DNA of 64,000 nucleotides from an uncultured Planctomycetota bacterium (GTDB lineage: Bacteria > Planctomycetota > Planctomycetia > Pirellulales > Lacipirellulaceae): positions 246,801 to 310,800 of the forward strand of contig CAVRBU010000006.1 of assembly GCA_963719315.1 (NCBI GenBank). The letters run 5' to 3'. The notes below the pieces were generated by a model. That model saw nothing but the letters and a program-made list of their open reading frames with translations. It ran no database searches and was not told the origin of the DNA. Within the stretch, counting starts at the first letter, position 1. The number at the start of each line of letters is the position of its first letter. Position numbers and translations under genes: made by a program. Below, one piece after another: positions 35,532 to 44,620 of this stretch.

Positions 35532-35621
35532 CGGAGAGAGGGGGAATCGAACCCAACGGCGCAAGCCGACCCTACGGCGAATCATAAAATCGCTGCGCCA
35601 CCAAGACGCGGGCCGCTCTCC
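35532..35621 (-). tRNA. Non-canonical 9/3 allo-tRNA-like gene or pseudogene, anticodon probably UAU
   Basis: Manual fold: 9-bp acceptor (one mismatch), 5-bp D stem, long variable arm, 3-bp T stem with TTCGATT loop, G discriminator, no encoded CCA. Confidence 0.62.
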
Positions 35622-35696
35622 AGTGAGTTGGCCCGCACGGGTAAGTGTTTTGTGTCATGCAGGAAATGACAGCGTACTGGGTTTATTGTTCGCGCT

Positions 35697-36560
35697 ATGG
35701 GAAAAAGAAAACCAAAGCCGCCAGGGACGTGCATTTTCTGTGGTCGCACTGGCCTCAGTAAGGAGCATATCTGGTCAGACTGGTTGAAAGAACTAATTCC
35801 CAGAAACACCACTCATGGAGAATGGTCGGAGGGCTTTGAATATGATTTTGAAGAAAAGAAGTTCACCGGAATGCGACCCCTGATGGAAATGACGCGGCAG
35901 GGGTGCATGACGCAGTGCAAGATACGGAATGTGTGTGAGGCACATTGCAACAACGGATGGATGGGGCGGGCTGTGGAAGCCGCGAAGCCTATAGCGTCAA
36001 ATCTAATCACAGGTCAGATGTGCAAAGTTGATGAGGGCGGGGTTCGTAGCCTGGCAACGTGGCTTGCAATTACCACCGTAATGCAGGAATTCACGGTAAC
36101 GCGAACAGTAATGATCCCGCCCGAAGACCGTGCGGAACTTATGCACTCCAATGCACCGCCAGAACATTGGAGTATGTGGATTGGATATTATGGTGGCGAA
36201 GACTGGACGCCGATGGGCCACTTGCATGTCCCTGTGACGCTATCGAAGCGAGTGTCAGAAAATGACGGAACTGAAAGTTACGTCCCCAACTGTGACCTTC
36301 AAATCACCTCCTTCGCTATTCGACATCTCCTGACTCACGTGTTTACCGCTACCAACGTCGGCATGGTGAATAAGTACAGGGAGTTTATTCGGGACCAAAA
36401 TTGGAACCTTGTGCAGATTTGGCCGATTATCCCCAGTATTATCTCGTGGCCCCGCTTCCCGATCCTGGACGGTGAGCTGCGACTTATCGCTCACGAATTC
36501 GCCAGAGTTAATTGGAGGGTTCCAACAGGAAATAGTTTTGGTCGTAAGAACGGCGTTTAA
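35697..36560 (+). CDS. Hypothetical protein with zinc-binding HNH-like N-terminus
   Basis: CIFCG...SKEHIWSDW...VCEAHCNNGWM. Confidence 0.65.
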   Translation: MGKRKPKPPGTCIFCGRTGLSKEHIWSDWLKELIPRNTTHGEWSEGFEYDFEEKKFTGMRPLMEMTRQGCMTQCKIRNVCEAHCNNGWMGRAVEAAKPIASNLITGQMCKVDEGGVRSLATWLAITTVMQEFTVTRTVMIPPEDRAELMHSNAPPEHWSMWIGYYGGEDWTPMGHLHVPVTLSKRVSENDGTESYVPNCDLQITSFAIRHLLTHVFTATNVGMVNKYREFIRDQNWNLVQIWPIIPSIISWPRFPILDGELRLIAHEFARVNWRVPTGNSFGRKNGV

Positions 36561-36776
36561 GACCTTGCACGCCTGATCGAAAGGCAGATCATCGACCAAT
36601 TGATAAATTGTCGTCGCAAGCTCAGCAAGTTCGCTGTCAGACTTTGCATGATGGTCATTCACAGCGCACCCCCAGCGGTGCGCCCGCTAAAAAATCCTGC
36701 CAGCAACAATCTGACCGTACAGTACCAAAAGTCAGGGAGTTTACGTTCATTGATGCACTAATCGAGCGCCTTTGAT

Positions 36777-36861
36777 GTAGGTCCCTTCTGCCGGAAGGGA
36801 CCTCCGTGCGGGTGGAGTGCGCGCACAACCGCTGAGGTCCCGCTCGGCAAGCGGGACCTAC
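36777..36861. repeat. GTAG-type REP doublet
   Basis: GTAGGTCCCTTCTGCCGGAAGGGACC and inverted GGTCCCGCTCGGCAAGCGGGACCTAC. Confidence 0.8.
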
Positions 36862-36993
36862 TAGTGCTTTGTCACAGCTAAAAATTGGGGTTGAGCGCAT
36901 CAGCCGCAGGGCGCTAGCCCCCGGTTTGTGCCGCTCCAACCGGGGCTAGCGCCCCGCGGCTAATCCCAAAATCAAGCTGTGACAAAGCACTAG
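36861..36993. mobile_element. MITE-like element, 133 bp
   Basis: Perfect 19-bp terminal inverted repeats CTAGTGCTTTGTCACAGCT with an internal palindrome; related partial copy at 55787-55892. Confidence 0.7.
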
Positions 36994-37069
36994 TTGCTTC
37001 TGGTTGCCAAAGAACGAGCGCCGGGGTTTTCTGCGCGGAGATCGAATGTAGCAGATTGGGCGCTGATTT

Positions 37070-38488
37070 CTAGATTCGATTTTTGGCCGGCGCTCGGCCG
37101 CGGGGAATCGTGAACAACCCCAGAATGGCAGGCAGAACTAATACGAGCGATCCTGGCTCGGGAATGGCGTTTGAGGCACTGGACCCAGAGGGTACCCCGC
37201 CAGTGGCAGCCGAACCGGAGCCGGCGGTTTGGCCGAAGTGGGTGCGCCACGCGTTGTATCCGGTCTGCGTGCCATCGGTCTTCCGCCAGACGATGTAGTC
37301 GGCGGCGTCGACGGTGCCGTTGCCGTTGAAGTCGCCGGGAATTGTGAGAGCGGGCGTGAGCAAATACGCGTGGTACTGGCCGCCGATCAGCCCCTGTCCC
37401 GTGATCTGCCCGGCGTCGTTGATGTCGGATGCGTCCAATAACTCCCAACCGGAGAGCGGGTCGATCCGCGTATTCAGATCCACCATGCCGCTGCCGCTTG
37501 TGTACAGAAATGCGTGCTCGTTGATGGAGATATTGGTTGCTACTTCGGACGCGCCGACCACCTGACCGAGGGCACCGACGTTGTAGCCGTAGCTGTTGAG
37601 CCCGCCCAGCGTTGTCAGGTCCAGCATCGTGCCGCTGGTGCCGTTCGGCGTCGTTGGCGTCCATAGGAAGGCGTGGTAGGCCGCGTCCCCGGCTGTGTAG
37701 GAAAAACCTGCTACCTGACCGTTGGTATTGATGGTTCCTCCATAACTCTCTGTTCCTCCAAGGGTCAAGAGGTCGTGCATCGTGCCGCTGGTGCCGTTCG
37801 GCGTCGTTGGTTTCCACAAAAATGCGTGGTAGGCCGCGTCTCCCGTCGTCAGGGACGATCCAGATACCTGACCGCTGGCATTGATCGCGCCCCCATCACT
37901 TTCGGTTCCGCCGAGCGATCCCAAGTCGTGCATCGTGCCGCTCGTGCCGTTCGGCACCGATGGTTTCCACAGAAATGCGTGCGTCGTGGAGTCTCCGGTC
38001 CTGTCCGAATCGCCTGTGACCTGACCAGTGGCGTTGATGCCGTACCCATGGCTGTCGGTTCCGCCAAGCGTTCCCAGATTGAACATCGTGCCGCTGGCGC
38101 CACCAGGCGTCGTGGGTTTCCACAGAAAAGCGTGCGTGGCCGCGTCTCCGGTCGTGGAGGACTCGCCCGTCACTTGACCGCTGGCGTTGAGGCCATTCCC
38201 AAAGCTTTCGGATCCACCTAACGTTAACAGGTCGGTCTTGGTGCCGCTCGCGCCATTCGGTGTGGCGGGCTTCCATAGAAAAGTGTGGTAGGCGGCGTCT
38301 CCGGTCGCGTAGGAAGCGCCTGCCACCTGACCACTGGCATTGAGGCTCGACCCAAAACTTTCCGACCCTCCCAGCGTTCCCAGGTCGGTAACGGTGTACG
38401 AAGCGGCGTGCGCAGCAGTCGCGACCGATAGGGCGAACGCCCCAAGCACGATGATGCAATCCAAGATTCGATACTTTGTCATGATCAT
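37070..38488 (-). CDS. Extracellular HAF-repeat protein with dockerin-like and PEP-CTERM domains
   Basis: ~50-aa repeats HAFLWKPTTPNGTSGTMHDLGTLGG; PGDFNGNGTVDAADY; IPEPGSLVL. Confidence 0.88.
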   Translation of the reverse strand: MIMTKYRILDCIIVLGAFALSVATAAHAASYTVTDLGTLGGSESFGSSLNASGQVAGASYATGDAAYHTFLWKPATPNGASGTKTDLLTLGGSESFGNGLNASGQVTGESSTTGDAATHAFLWKPTTPGGASGTMFNLGTLGGTDSHGYGINATGQVTGDSDRTGDSTTHAFLWKPSVPNGTSGTMHDLGSLGGTESDGGAINASGQVSGSSLTTGDAAYHAFLWKPTTPNGTSGTMHDLLTLGGTESYGGTINTNGQVAGFSYTAGDAAYHAFLWTPTTPNGTSGTMLDLTTLGGLNSYGYNVGALGQVVGASEVATNISINEHAFLYTSGSGMVDLNTRIDPLSGWELLDASDINDAGQITGQGLIGGQYHAYLLTPALTIPGDFNGNGTVDAADYIVWRKTDGTQTGYNAWRTHFGQTAGSGSAATGGVPSGSSASNAIPEPGSLVLVLPAILGLFTIPRGRAPAKNRI

Positions 38489-38490
38489 GT

Positions 38491-38608
38491 CTCTCGTTTC
38501 TGGTTTGCGGTAAAATCAAAAAGAGTCATCGCCCCCGGCGCGCAAACCGAGCGCCGAGGAGATGCCGGGCCGGTGAGGAGCTTGCTTCGCGGTAAGCCTC
38601 ACCGGCCG
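38491..38608 (-). promoter_or_regulatory. Duplicated structured leader, copy 1
   Basis: ~118-bp near-identical match to 40477-40592; two hairpins then RBS of the HAF gene. Confidence 0.75.
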
Positions 38609-38699
38609 CTTATTCTTATCAAAACCACACCGAACGGGGTCGATGTCTCGCTAAACTCCCCAACGAAGACCCCAGTGGACGGCGATCCGGGCCGCGGTC

Positions 38700-39221
38700 T
38701 CAGCTGCAGCCGATACAGATACCTTCACAGGAGCCCCACGAGCATGCGAATTGCGCGGGGCACACAATGCCGCACCCGCCGCAGTTCCTTGAATCCCATA
38801 AAAAGTCAGTACCCGGCGGGCAATCGCGACATACTCCTTGGTCACAGATCGCAGCCGATGGGGGGCAAACGTTTCCGCAGGCGCCGCAGTTGTGCGGATC
38901 CGAACTCAGCGAGGTGCATGCCCCGTTGCAGCAGGTCGTCCCCGCAGGGCAACAGAAGAAGTTTCCACAACTTCCACAGAGGCGGTTGGTGTTGCCGTTG
39001 CACGCCCGGCAGGCCGCGGCGCATTGGTTCCGCCGCTTCCTGGTGGGACACGACCGGCAGAAGGCGGTACACCGATCCGGCCTGGCGGCCCAGGCGGTTC
39101 CCAGCATCAGTGGGCTGAGTAACGTGCCGGCTAAAATGGACCCGATACTACGCAGCGATTCGCGGCGCGACACCGACACGGCCAGCAACTTCGATAGCTC
39201 ATCGAGACGTTTCATGATCAT
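38700..39221 (-). CDS. Cys-rich secreted protein with Tat-like leader and Stig1-like repeats
   Basis: LDELSKLLA..SRRESL; CCNGACTSLSSDPHNCGACGNVCP; many Cys. Confidence 0.75.
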   Translation of the reverse strand: MIMKRLDELSKLLAVSVSRRESLRSIGSILAGTLLSPLMLGTAWAARPDRCTAFCRSCPTRKRRNQCAAACRACNGNTNRLCGSCGNFFCCPAGTTCCNGACTSLSSDPHNCGACGNVCPPSAAICDQGVCRDCPPGTDFLWDSRNCGGCGIVCPAQFACSWGSCEGICIGCS

Positions 39222-39263
39222 TACCTCGTTTCTTGATTGAATAGTAGATGGTCAATAATCCGT

Positions 39264-40406
39264 TCAGTTTGCCAAGGCTTGCTCTGCTCCGACCGGCCAC
39301 GACTCGCCGGCGTGCGATTCAGACACGCCTTCGCCAGCCAGCGCAAGAATCGGACCAACTCCCACGGCGACGTTGCTCGCCAGGATTCCCTGCTCGTCGA
39401 TCAGGTAGCCGACGGGTGTGGCGAACATCGCGTACTTGAGCGAAACTTCCCACTGCGTCTGCAACACGATGGGATACGTCAGCCCGATCGCGGTCGCCTT
39501 GGCGCGATTCGCCTCGACGCCACGCCGGCTCACCACCAACACCTGGAGCTCCGGCCGCCGCAAGTGAATCGCCTGTAATTGCGGCGCCAGCTCATCACAG
39601 GGGCCGCAGTCGGGATCGGAAAACACGAGCAGCACGCGTTCGCCCCGGAGTTCCGTCAGCGCAAGCTCGCCTTCGTCAATCCGCGGTAACCGGAAATCTG
39701 GCGCCAACGCGCCGGCCTGCAGCCCGCTCCGGTTCAGACGACTGCGGACCAGTGAGGGATCGTCTTTCGCGCCGTGCGGCGCGAATCCGTTCGCTACCGC
39801 GTCTGGTCTGATCGGGTCGGACGCGAGCGTGGTTGCCAGTCGCAGCAGAGGTTCGGCGCCTACGGCCAGCTCACTGGCAATGCGGCCCGCGCCATCGATC
39901 CGATATCCCATCGGAGTTCCCTGGGCGCCGTACTTCGCGGCAACTTCCATGTGCTCCTGCAACAGGACCAGGCAACGAATGCCGTATTGCTCGACCAGCT
40001 TCCGGTTCTCCGCCGCATCGCCGGTGGTGACCACAACCGGGACCGCCCGCCGGTCGCCTCCCTCGGCCGGCAGGGCGGCCAGGTCGGCGGCCATCTGCGT
40101 GCAGTACCCGCATTGCGGATTGAAGAATACGAGTAGCACATTCTTTTCACGAAATTCGGACAGTTTGCGGCGGACCCCCATGAGATCCGGAAGCTCAAAG
40201 TCCGGGGCGATCGTGCCGAGCGGCAGACCACCGGCTTCAGGCCGCTTCGCCCCGGCGCTCGGCCCCGCGCCTGGCCCGATTCGCTGCTCGATCGCCTCAA
40301 GCCGCACCAAGACTCGGCCAGTTTGGCGCACGAACTGGTAGGCAAGCCAGGTTCCCATGGCGATCAACAGCCACGGTAAAATAATTCCGAAAATGATGGT
40401 CATCAT
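39264..40406 (-). CDS. Membrane-anchored double thioredoxin-fold redoxin (AhpC/TSA, MauD-like)
   Basis: N-terminal TM; two GL..G..APDF domains with CGYC and CGPC and TP motifs. Confidence 0.82.
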   Translation of the reverse strand: MMTIIFGIILPWLLIAMGTWLAYQFVRQTGRVLVRLEAIEQRIGPGAGPSAGAKRPEAGGLPLGTIAPDFELPDLMGVRRKLSEFREKNVLLVFFNPQCGYCTQMAADLAALPAEGGDRRAVPVVVTTGDAAENRKLVEQYGIRCLVLLQEHMEVAAKYGAQGTPMGYRIDGAGRIASELAVGAEPLLRLATTLASDPIRPDAVANGFAPHGAKDDPSLVRSRLNRSGLQAGALAPDFRLPRIDEGELALTELRGERVLLVFSDPDCGPCDELAPQLQAIHLRRPELQVLVVSRRGVEANRAKATAIGLTYPIVLQTQWEVSLKYAMFATPVGYLIDEQGILASNVAVGVGPILALAGEGVSESHAGESWPVGAEQALAN

Positions 40407-40476
40407 CGAAGAACTCCCAGCAGGGCCATGATTGCCAGCTCGGAGCCAGCGGCAAAAATGTGGCGTTTCATGGCAG

Positions 40477-40592
40477 CTCTCGTTTTCGGTTTGCCGTACA
40501 ATCAAACAGTCATCGCCCTCAGCGCGCAAACCGAGCGCCGAGGAGATGCCGGGCCGGTGAGGAGCTTGCTTCGCGGTAAGCCTCACCGGCCG
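40477..40592 (-). promoter_or_regulatory. Duplicated structured leader, copy 2
   Basis: Matches 38491-38608; just downstream of the kinase stop. Confidence 0.75.
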
Positions 40593-40629
40593 TTTTTCTA
40601 TTCACAGGCCAGGGATCAAGGGTCAGGAT

Positions 40630-43578
40630 TCAATCAGGGGTTGTGGTTAGCTCCTGTGGTTTTGGATCAGCGTCTTCGTATATTGGTTGCGTCTCGCTCG
40701 TCTTGCGCTCCAATTCCGCGACGATCTCCTGGAAATCCTCCCGCTCGCGCAAGGTGTCAAAGTCTGTGTTCTGCCTAATGTGCTGGACGTCGCTGTACCC
40801 AGCGGCGACGGCTTGCGCCAGCCACGTCATCGCCCGGTCAGCCTCCTCTCTAGCGAGCCGGGAGCCTTCAGCGCCCTTCTTCTGAGGATCGCGTTCGATC
40901 ACCCCGGCGGCAACCGCTCGAAAACGGGCGGCGTCATACAAGCTTCCGGCATCCGTGCGATGGCGATTCTCCCAAGTGTCGGCAGTTTCCCGGCAGCCTG
41001 CGGCGTCATTCGCTTTTTGGAAGAGCCGTAGGCGAACAAATGTCGCGCTCTCAATCATTCTCGGTAGGACAATCTCGCCCTCCGACCTCTCTAGGCACTC
41101 GTCAATGATCGGCAAGGCCTCGGCGCCACGATCGAGGTCGACGAGACTCGTAGCCATGCCCCACATCGACATCAGAGTGTCGGGGTGATCGGGGCCGAGA
41201 TTGGCCTTCTGCAACGCCAGCGCCTCTTCGAAAAGCTTGAGGGCGTCATCATGGCGGCCAAGGTGATAATAGCTACCCGCAAGATTGCCCATAGTCGAGA
41301 GCGTGCGAGGGTGGTCGGGGCCGAGCTTGGCCTTCTCAAGCGCCAGCGTCTCCTCGAAGAGCTTTAGGGCGTCCGCATACCGGCCAAATTGGGAATAGCT
41401 GACGCCAAGGTTCCCCATGGTCATAAGTGTGTCGGGGTGGTCGGGGCCGAGCTTGGCCTTCTCCAACGCCAGCGTCTCCTCGCGGAGCTTGAGAGCGTCC
41501 GCATACCGGCCGAGATGGGAATAGCTGTTGGCCAGATTGTTCATGCTGAGAAGCGTGTCGATATTGTCGGGGCCAAGCTTGTCCTTCTGCAGCGACAACG
41601 TCTCCTCGCGAAGCGTCATGGCTTCGGTGTCGCGACCGAAGGATTCGTAGTTATTGGCCACGTTCATCATTGCCCTTAGCGTTTCGGGGTGGTCGGGGCC
41701 AAGCTTGGACTTACACATCGCCAGCGCCTCCTCGTGAAGCTTGAGGGCGTCGGCGTGGCGTCCAGCTGCCGCGTAGCTGTTAGCTAGGTTGTTCATGCTC
41801 CACAACGTGTCGCGGTGATCGAGGCCGAGCTTGGACTTACACAATGCCAGCGCTTCCTCGCGAAGCTTGAGGGCATCGGCGTACCGGCCAAGGTCAAAGT
41901 AGCAGTTGGCCAAATTGCTCATGCTCTCGAGCGCCTCGGGGCAGTCGGGGCCCAGGCATTCGCTGAACAGCATGCGGGCCTTCCGGTATTGTTCAGCCCC
42001 CTGGCCCGCTTCCCCCAAGTTGGAGAATGCAGTTCCCAACGTCGACCGCAACTGGGCCTCAATCTGCGGATGGTTAAGGAAGCTCGTTTCGACGAACGGC
42101 AGAGCGGCTTCGACGGCCTTGCGGAGAGTCACATCGCGGCCCAGCCCACCTTGCGTGCCTTCCGGCCCGGCGGCAGCAAGCACCTTTACTTGCACGAAAT
42201 CAAGCACTGCGCGCGTTTCCGCTTCGCGCGCCTCCGCAGTTTGGCGAGCCTTCTCCGCACGGATCAAGCCACTCGTGGTCCCGAGCATACCGGCGATCAA
42301 CGTCAGCAAGATCAAAGAGGCGGCAATCAACGGCCGCTTGTTGCGTCGGGTGAACTTGCGGAAGCGGTAGGCGCGCGATGGCGGGCAGGCTTGCACCGTA
42401 TCGTCGTGCAAGTAGCGCTCGATGTCGGCAGCGAAGCCGTTGGCCGTTTCGTAGCGCCGGTTGCGGTCCTTCTCTAGCGATTTCATCACGATCCAGTCCA
42501 GCTCGCCCTGCACTAACCGGTTCAGTTTCAAGGGCTCTAGGCTGCGGTTGGCGGCAATCGAGGGGAGCGCATCGGCCGTGCTGAGCCGCGTGCTGGGGTT
42601 GGGCGGCTCTTCTTCGCGAATGATCCGCAGCATTTCGTCAAACGCCGCCTCCTGCAGGCGCTTCCGTGCGAACGGAGTCGAGCCGGTTAAGAGCTCGTAG
42701 AGCAACACACCGAGAGAATAAATGTCGCTGCGGGTGTCGACGTCGAGTTGGTTGAAGCGGGCCTGTTCAGGACTCATGTACTCCACCGTCCCGACCATCT
42801 GGCCCAACTCGGTGAACATCGTCTTCTCGGTCAGCCGCTGAGCGGTCGCCTTGGCCACGCCGAAGTCGATCACCTTGGGGACCGGTTTTCCGTCGTACTC
42901 GGCGACCAGGACGTTGGTTGGTTTGATGTCGCGGTGGATGATTCCTTTTTGGTGGGCATGCTGGACAGCCTGGCAAACGGTGGCCATCAATTCCAGACGC
43001 TCGCGGACCGGCAGGTGTTGCTGGTCGCAGTAGTCGGTAATCGGCACGCCTTTTACCAGGTCCATGACGAAGTAGGGGCGGCCAGCGAAAAAGTCGCCCG
43101 TCGTTCCTGCGTCGATCACGCGGGCGATGTTCGGGTGGTCCATCATCGCGAGGGCTTGCCGCTCGGCCTCGAAGCGGGCGATCACTTGCCGGGTGTCCAT
43201 GCCGGGCTTAATGATTTTGAGCGCCACGGTCCGCTGGATCGGCTCGGTCTGCTCGGCCATGAAGACGACGCCCATGCCGCCTACGCCGATTTGCTGCAGC
43301 AGCTTGTACGGGCCAATAATGGTGCCGGGCTGCTCGGTAATCGGGCGGTCAATCGTCGGCGAATCGGCCGCGGTGAGCGAAAAAGCGCCCAGTTCGGGCG
43401 GAGGCGATTCGAGAAAACTCTCGCTCTCGTCATACGCCCGCAGAAGTGCTTCAACCCGACGGCGTAATTCAGCATCCTTGCCGCAATGCTGGTCGAGATA
43501 GGCCTTACGCAGCTCGGCCGATTGCGCATTGCGAGCCGCCTCGAAAATCGCTTGTTCGTCCAGCGGGTGCACAGTCAT
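40630..43578 (-). CDS. Hanks-type Ser/Thr protein kinase with 42-aa TPR repeats
   Basis: IGVGGMGVV, ALKIIK, HRDIKPTN, DFG, YMSPEQ, DIYSLG; LGPDHPDTL repeats. Confidence 0.93.
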   Translation of the reverse strand: MTVHPLDEQAIFEAARNAQSAELRKAYLDQHCGKDAELRRRVEALLRAYDESESFLESPPPELGAFSLTAADSPTIDRPITEQPGTIIGPYKLLQQIGVGGMGVVFMAEQTEPIQRTVALKIIKPGMDTRQVIARFEAERQALAMMDHPNIARVIDAGTTGDFFAGRPYFVMDLVKGVPITDYCDQQHLPVRERLELMATVCQAVQHAHQKGIIHRDIKPTNVLVAEYDGKPVPKVIDFGVAKATAQRLTEKTMFTELGQMVGTVEYMSPEQARFNQLDVDTRSDIYSLGVLLYELLTGSTPFARKRLQEAAFDEMLRIIREEEPPNPSTRLSTADALPSIAANRSLEPLKLNRLVQGELDWIVMKSLEKDRNRRYETANGFAADIERYLHDDTVQACPPSRAYRFRKFTRRNKRPLIAASLILLTLIAGMLGTTSGLIRAEKARQTAEAREAETRAVLDFVQVKVLAAAGPEGTQGGLGRDVTLRKAVEAALPFVETSFLNHPQIEAQLRSTLGTAFSNLGEAGQGAEQYRKARMLFSECLGPDCPEALESMSNLANCYFDLGRYADALKLREEALALCKSKLGLDHRDTLWSMNNLANSYAAAGRHADALKLHEEALAMCKSKLGPDHPETLRAMMNVANNYESFGRDTEAMTLREETLSLQKDKLGPDNIDTLLSMNNLANSYSHLGRYADALKLREETLALEKAKLGPDHPDTLMTMGNLGVSYSQFGRYADALKLFEETLALEKAKLGPDHPRTLSTMGNLAGSYYHLGRHDDALKLFEEALALQKANLGPDHPDTLMSMWGMATSLVDLDRGAEALPIIDECLERSEGEIVLPRMIESATFVRLRLFQKANDAAGCRETADTWENRHRTDAGSLYDAARFRAVAAGVIERDPQKKGAEGSRLAREEADRAMTWLAQAVAAGYSDVQHIRQNTDFDTLREREDFQEIVAELERKTSETQPIYEDADPKPQELTTTPD

Positions 43579-43677
43579 AGCCAAGCCTCCAATCGTCAGT
43601 GCGAAATCCCGGGCCGATTGCACCGACAGAAAATCAAAAATTTTTTGGCTTCGTAGTCCTTGCAGCCGACTGCCGGC

Positions 43678-44232
43678 TCAGCCGCCCATTTGCAATTTCA
43701 GCCAACTTTTGGCGTAAGCCCAGTCTGCGCCGGCGGTTGAGTCTGAGATTCCGAGCGCCTTGGCCGCTTGCCCGACAGACAGGCCGGCAAAGAAACGCAG
43801 CTTCACGAGTTCAGCCTTTCGCGGCTCCAGTGCGGCCAACTTGTCGAGGGCCTCGTCCAGGGCGATGAGATCGATGTTCCGGCCGGCGACAGCCAGTTGC
43901 GCATTGTTGAGTTCCACGCGATCGAGCTGGCCCCCGCCTTTGGCGCTTTTCTTGCGCCGTGCACTATCGACGAGTATTCGTCGCATGGCTTCAGCAGCCG
44001 CGGCGAAGAAGTGCCCACGGCTGTTCCAATGCGGGGCATTATTCGCGTCCACCAATCTCAGGTACGCCTCATGCACCAAGGCCGTCGCTTGAAGCGTCTG
44101 TCCGGGCTTCTCTCGGGCCAGCTTTTGCACGGCCAGTTTTCGCAGCTCGTCGTACAGCAGCGGCAAGAGCTGCTCGGCGGCGCTGGGATCACCTCGTTCA
44201 ATGGCGGACAGTATCTGGGTGACTTCGTTCAT
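43678..44232 (-). CDS. ECF sigma factor, TIGR02999 (kinase-associated) family
   Basis: MNEVTQIL...LLPLLYDELRKLA...QTLQATALVHEAYLRL...HFFAAAAEAMRRILVD...DWAYAKSWL. Confidence 0.92.
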   Translation of the reverse strand: MNEVTQILSAIERGDPSAAEQLLPLLYDELRKLAVQKLAREKPGQTLQATALVHEAYLRLVDANNAPHWNSRGHFFAAAAEAMRRILVDSARRKKSAKGGGQLDRVELNNAQLAVAGRNIDLIALDEALDKLAALEPRKAELVKLRFFAGLSVGQAAKALGISDSTAGADWAYAKSWLKLQMGG

Positions 44233-44620
44233 GCGCCCCCACCAATCCGGAACGGCAGACGGTACGCCGACATTATAGACTTGAAGCGATCGCCGCATTG
44301 GAGCGGCAACGAGACGAGATAGCAAAGGAGTTCTGCTCAGCGATAGGATACCACCTTGCTCGGCAGGCGGCTGATGGAACTCAGCCAAACCTGAAAAGAT
44401 CGCCTGGAATATCCAGGCAAAGAAGATTCTCGATGCGGCACATCCCGAGGCCGCAGTGGGGCTCATTCCGCAGAAAAGCCGGGGCGACAGGACGGCAATT
44501 GAACTTTTTGTGAACTAGTCCAGTCCTGGCCGAAGGCTGTAGTCCTGGCCGCCACATCGCTGATCGAAAAACCGGCCGCTCTGTGTGTGGTGGGCGACTT
44601 CGACTACTTCGCCGGCACCG

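Noticed and set aside
37560..38400. Regular ~150-bp nucleotide repeats as CRISPR or DGR template
   Set aside because: They are in-frame HAF protein repeats; no reverse transcriptase and no adenine-specific variation evident.
41150..41960. 126-bp repeats
   Set aside because: Coding TPR repeats of the kinase.
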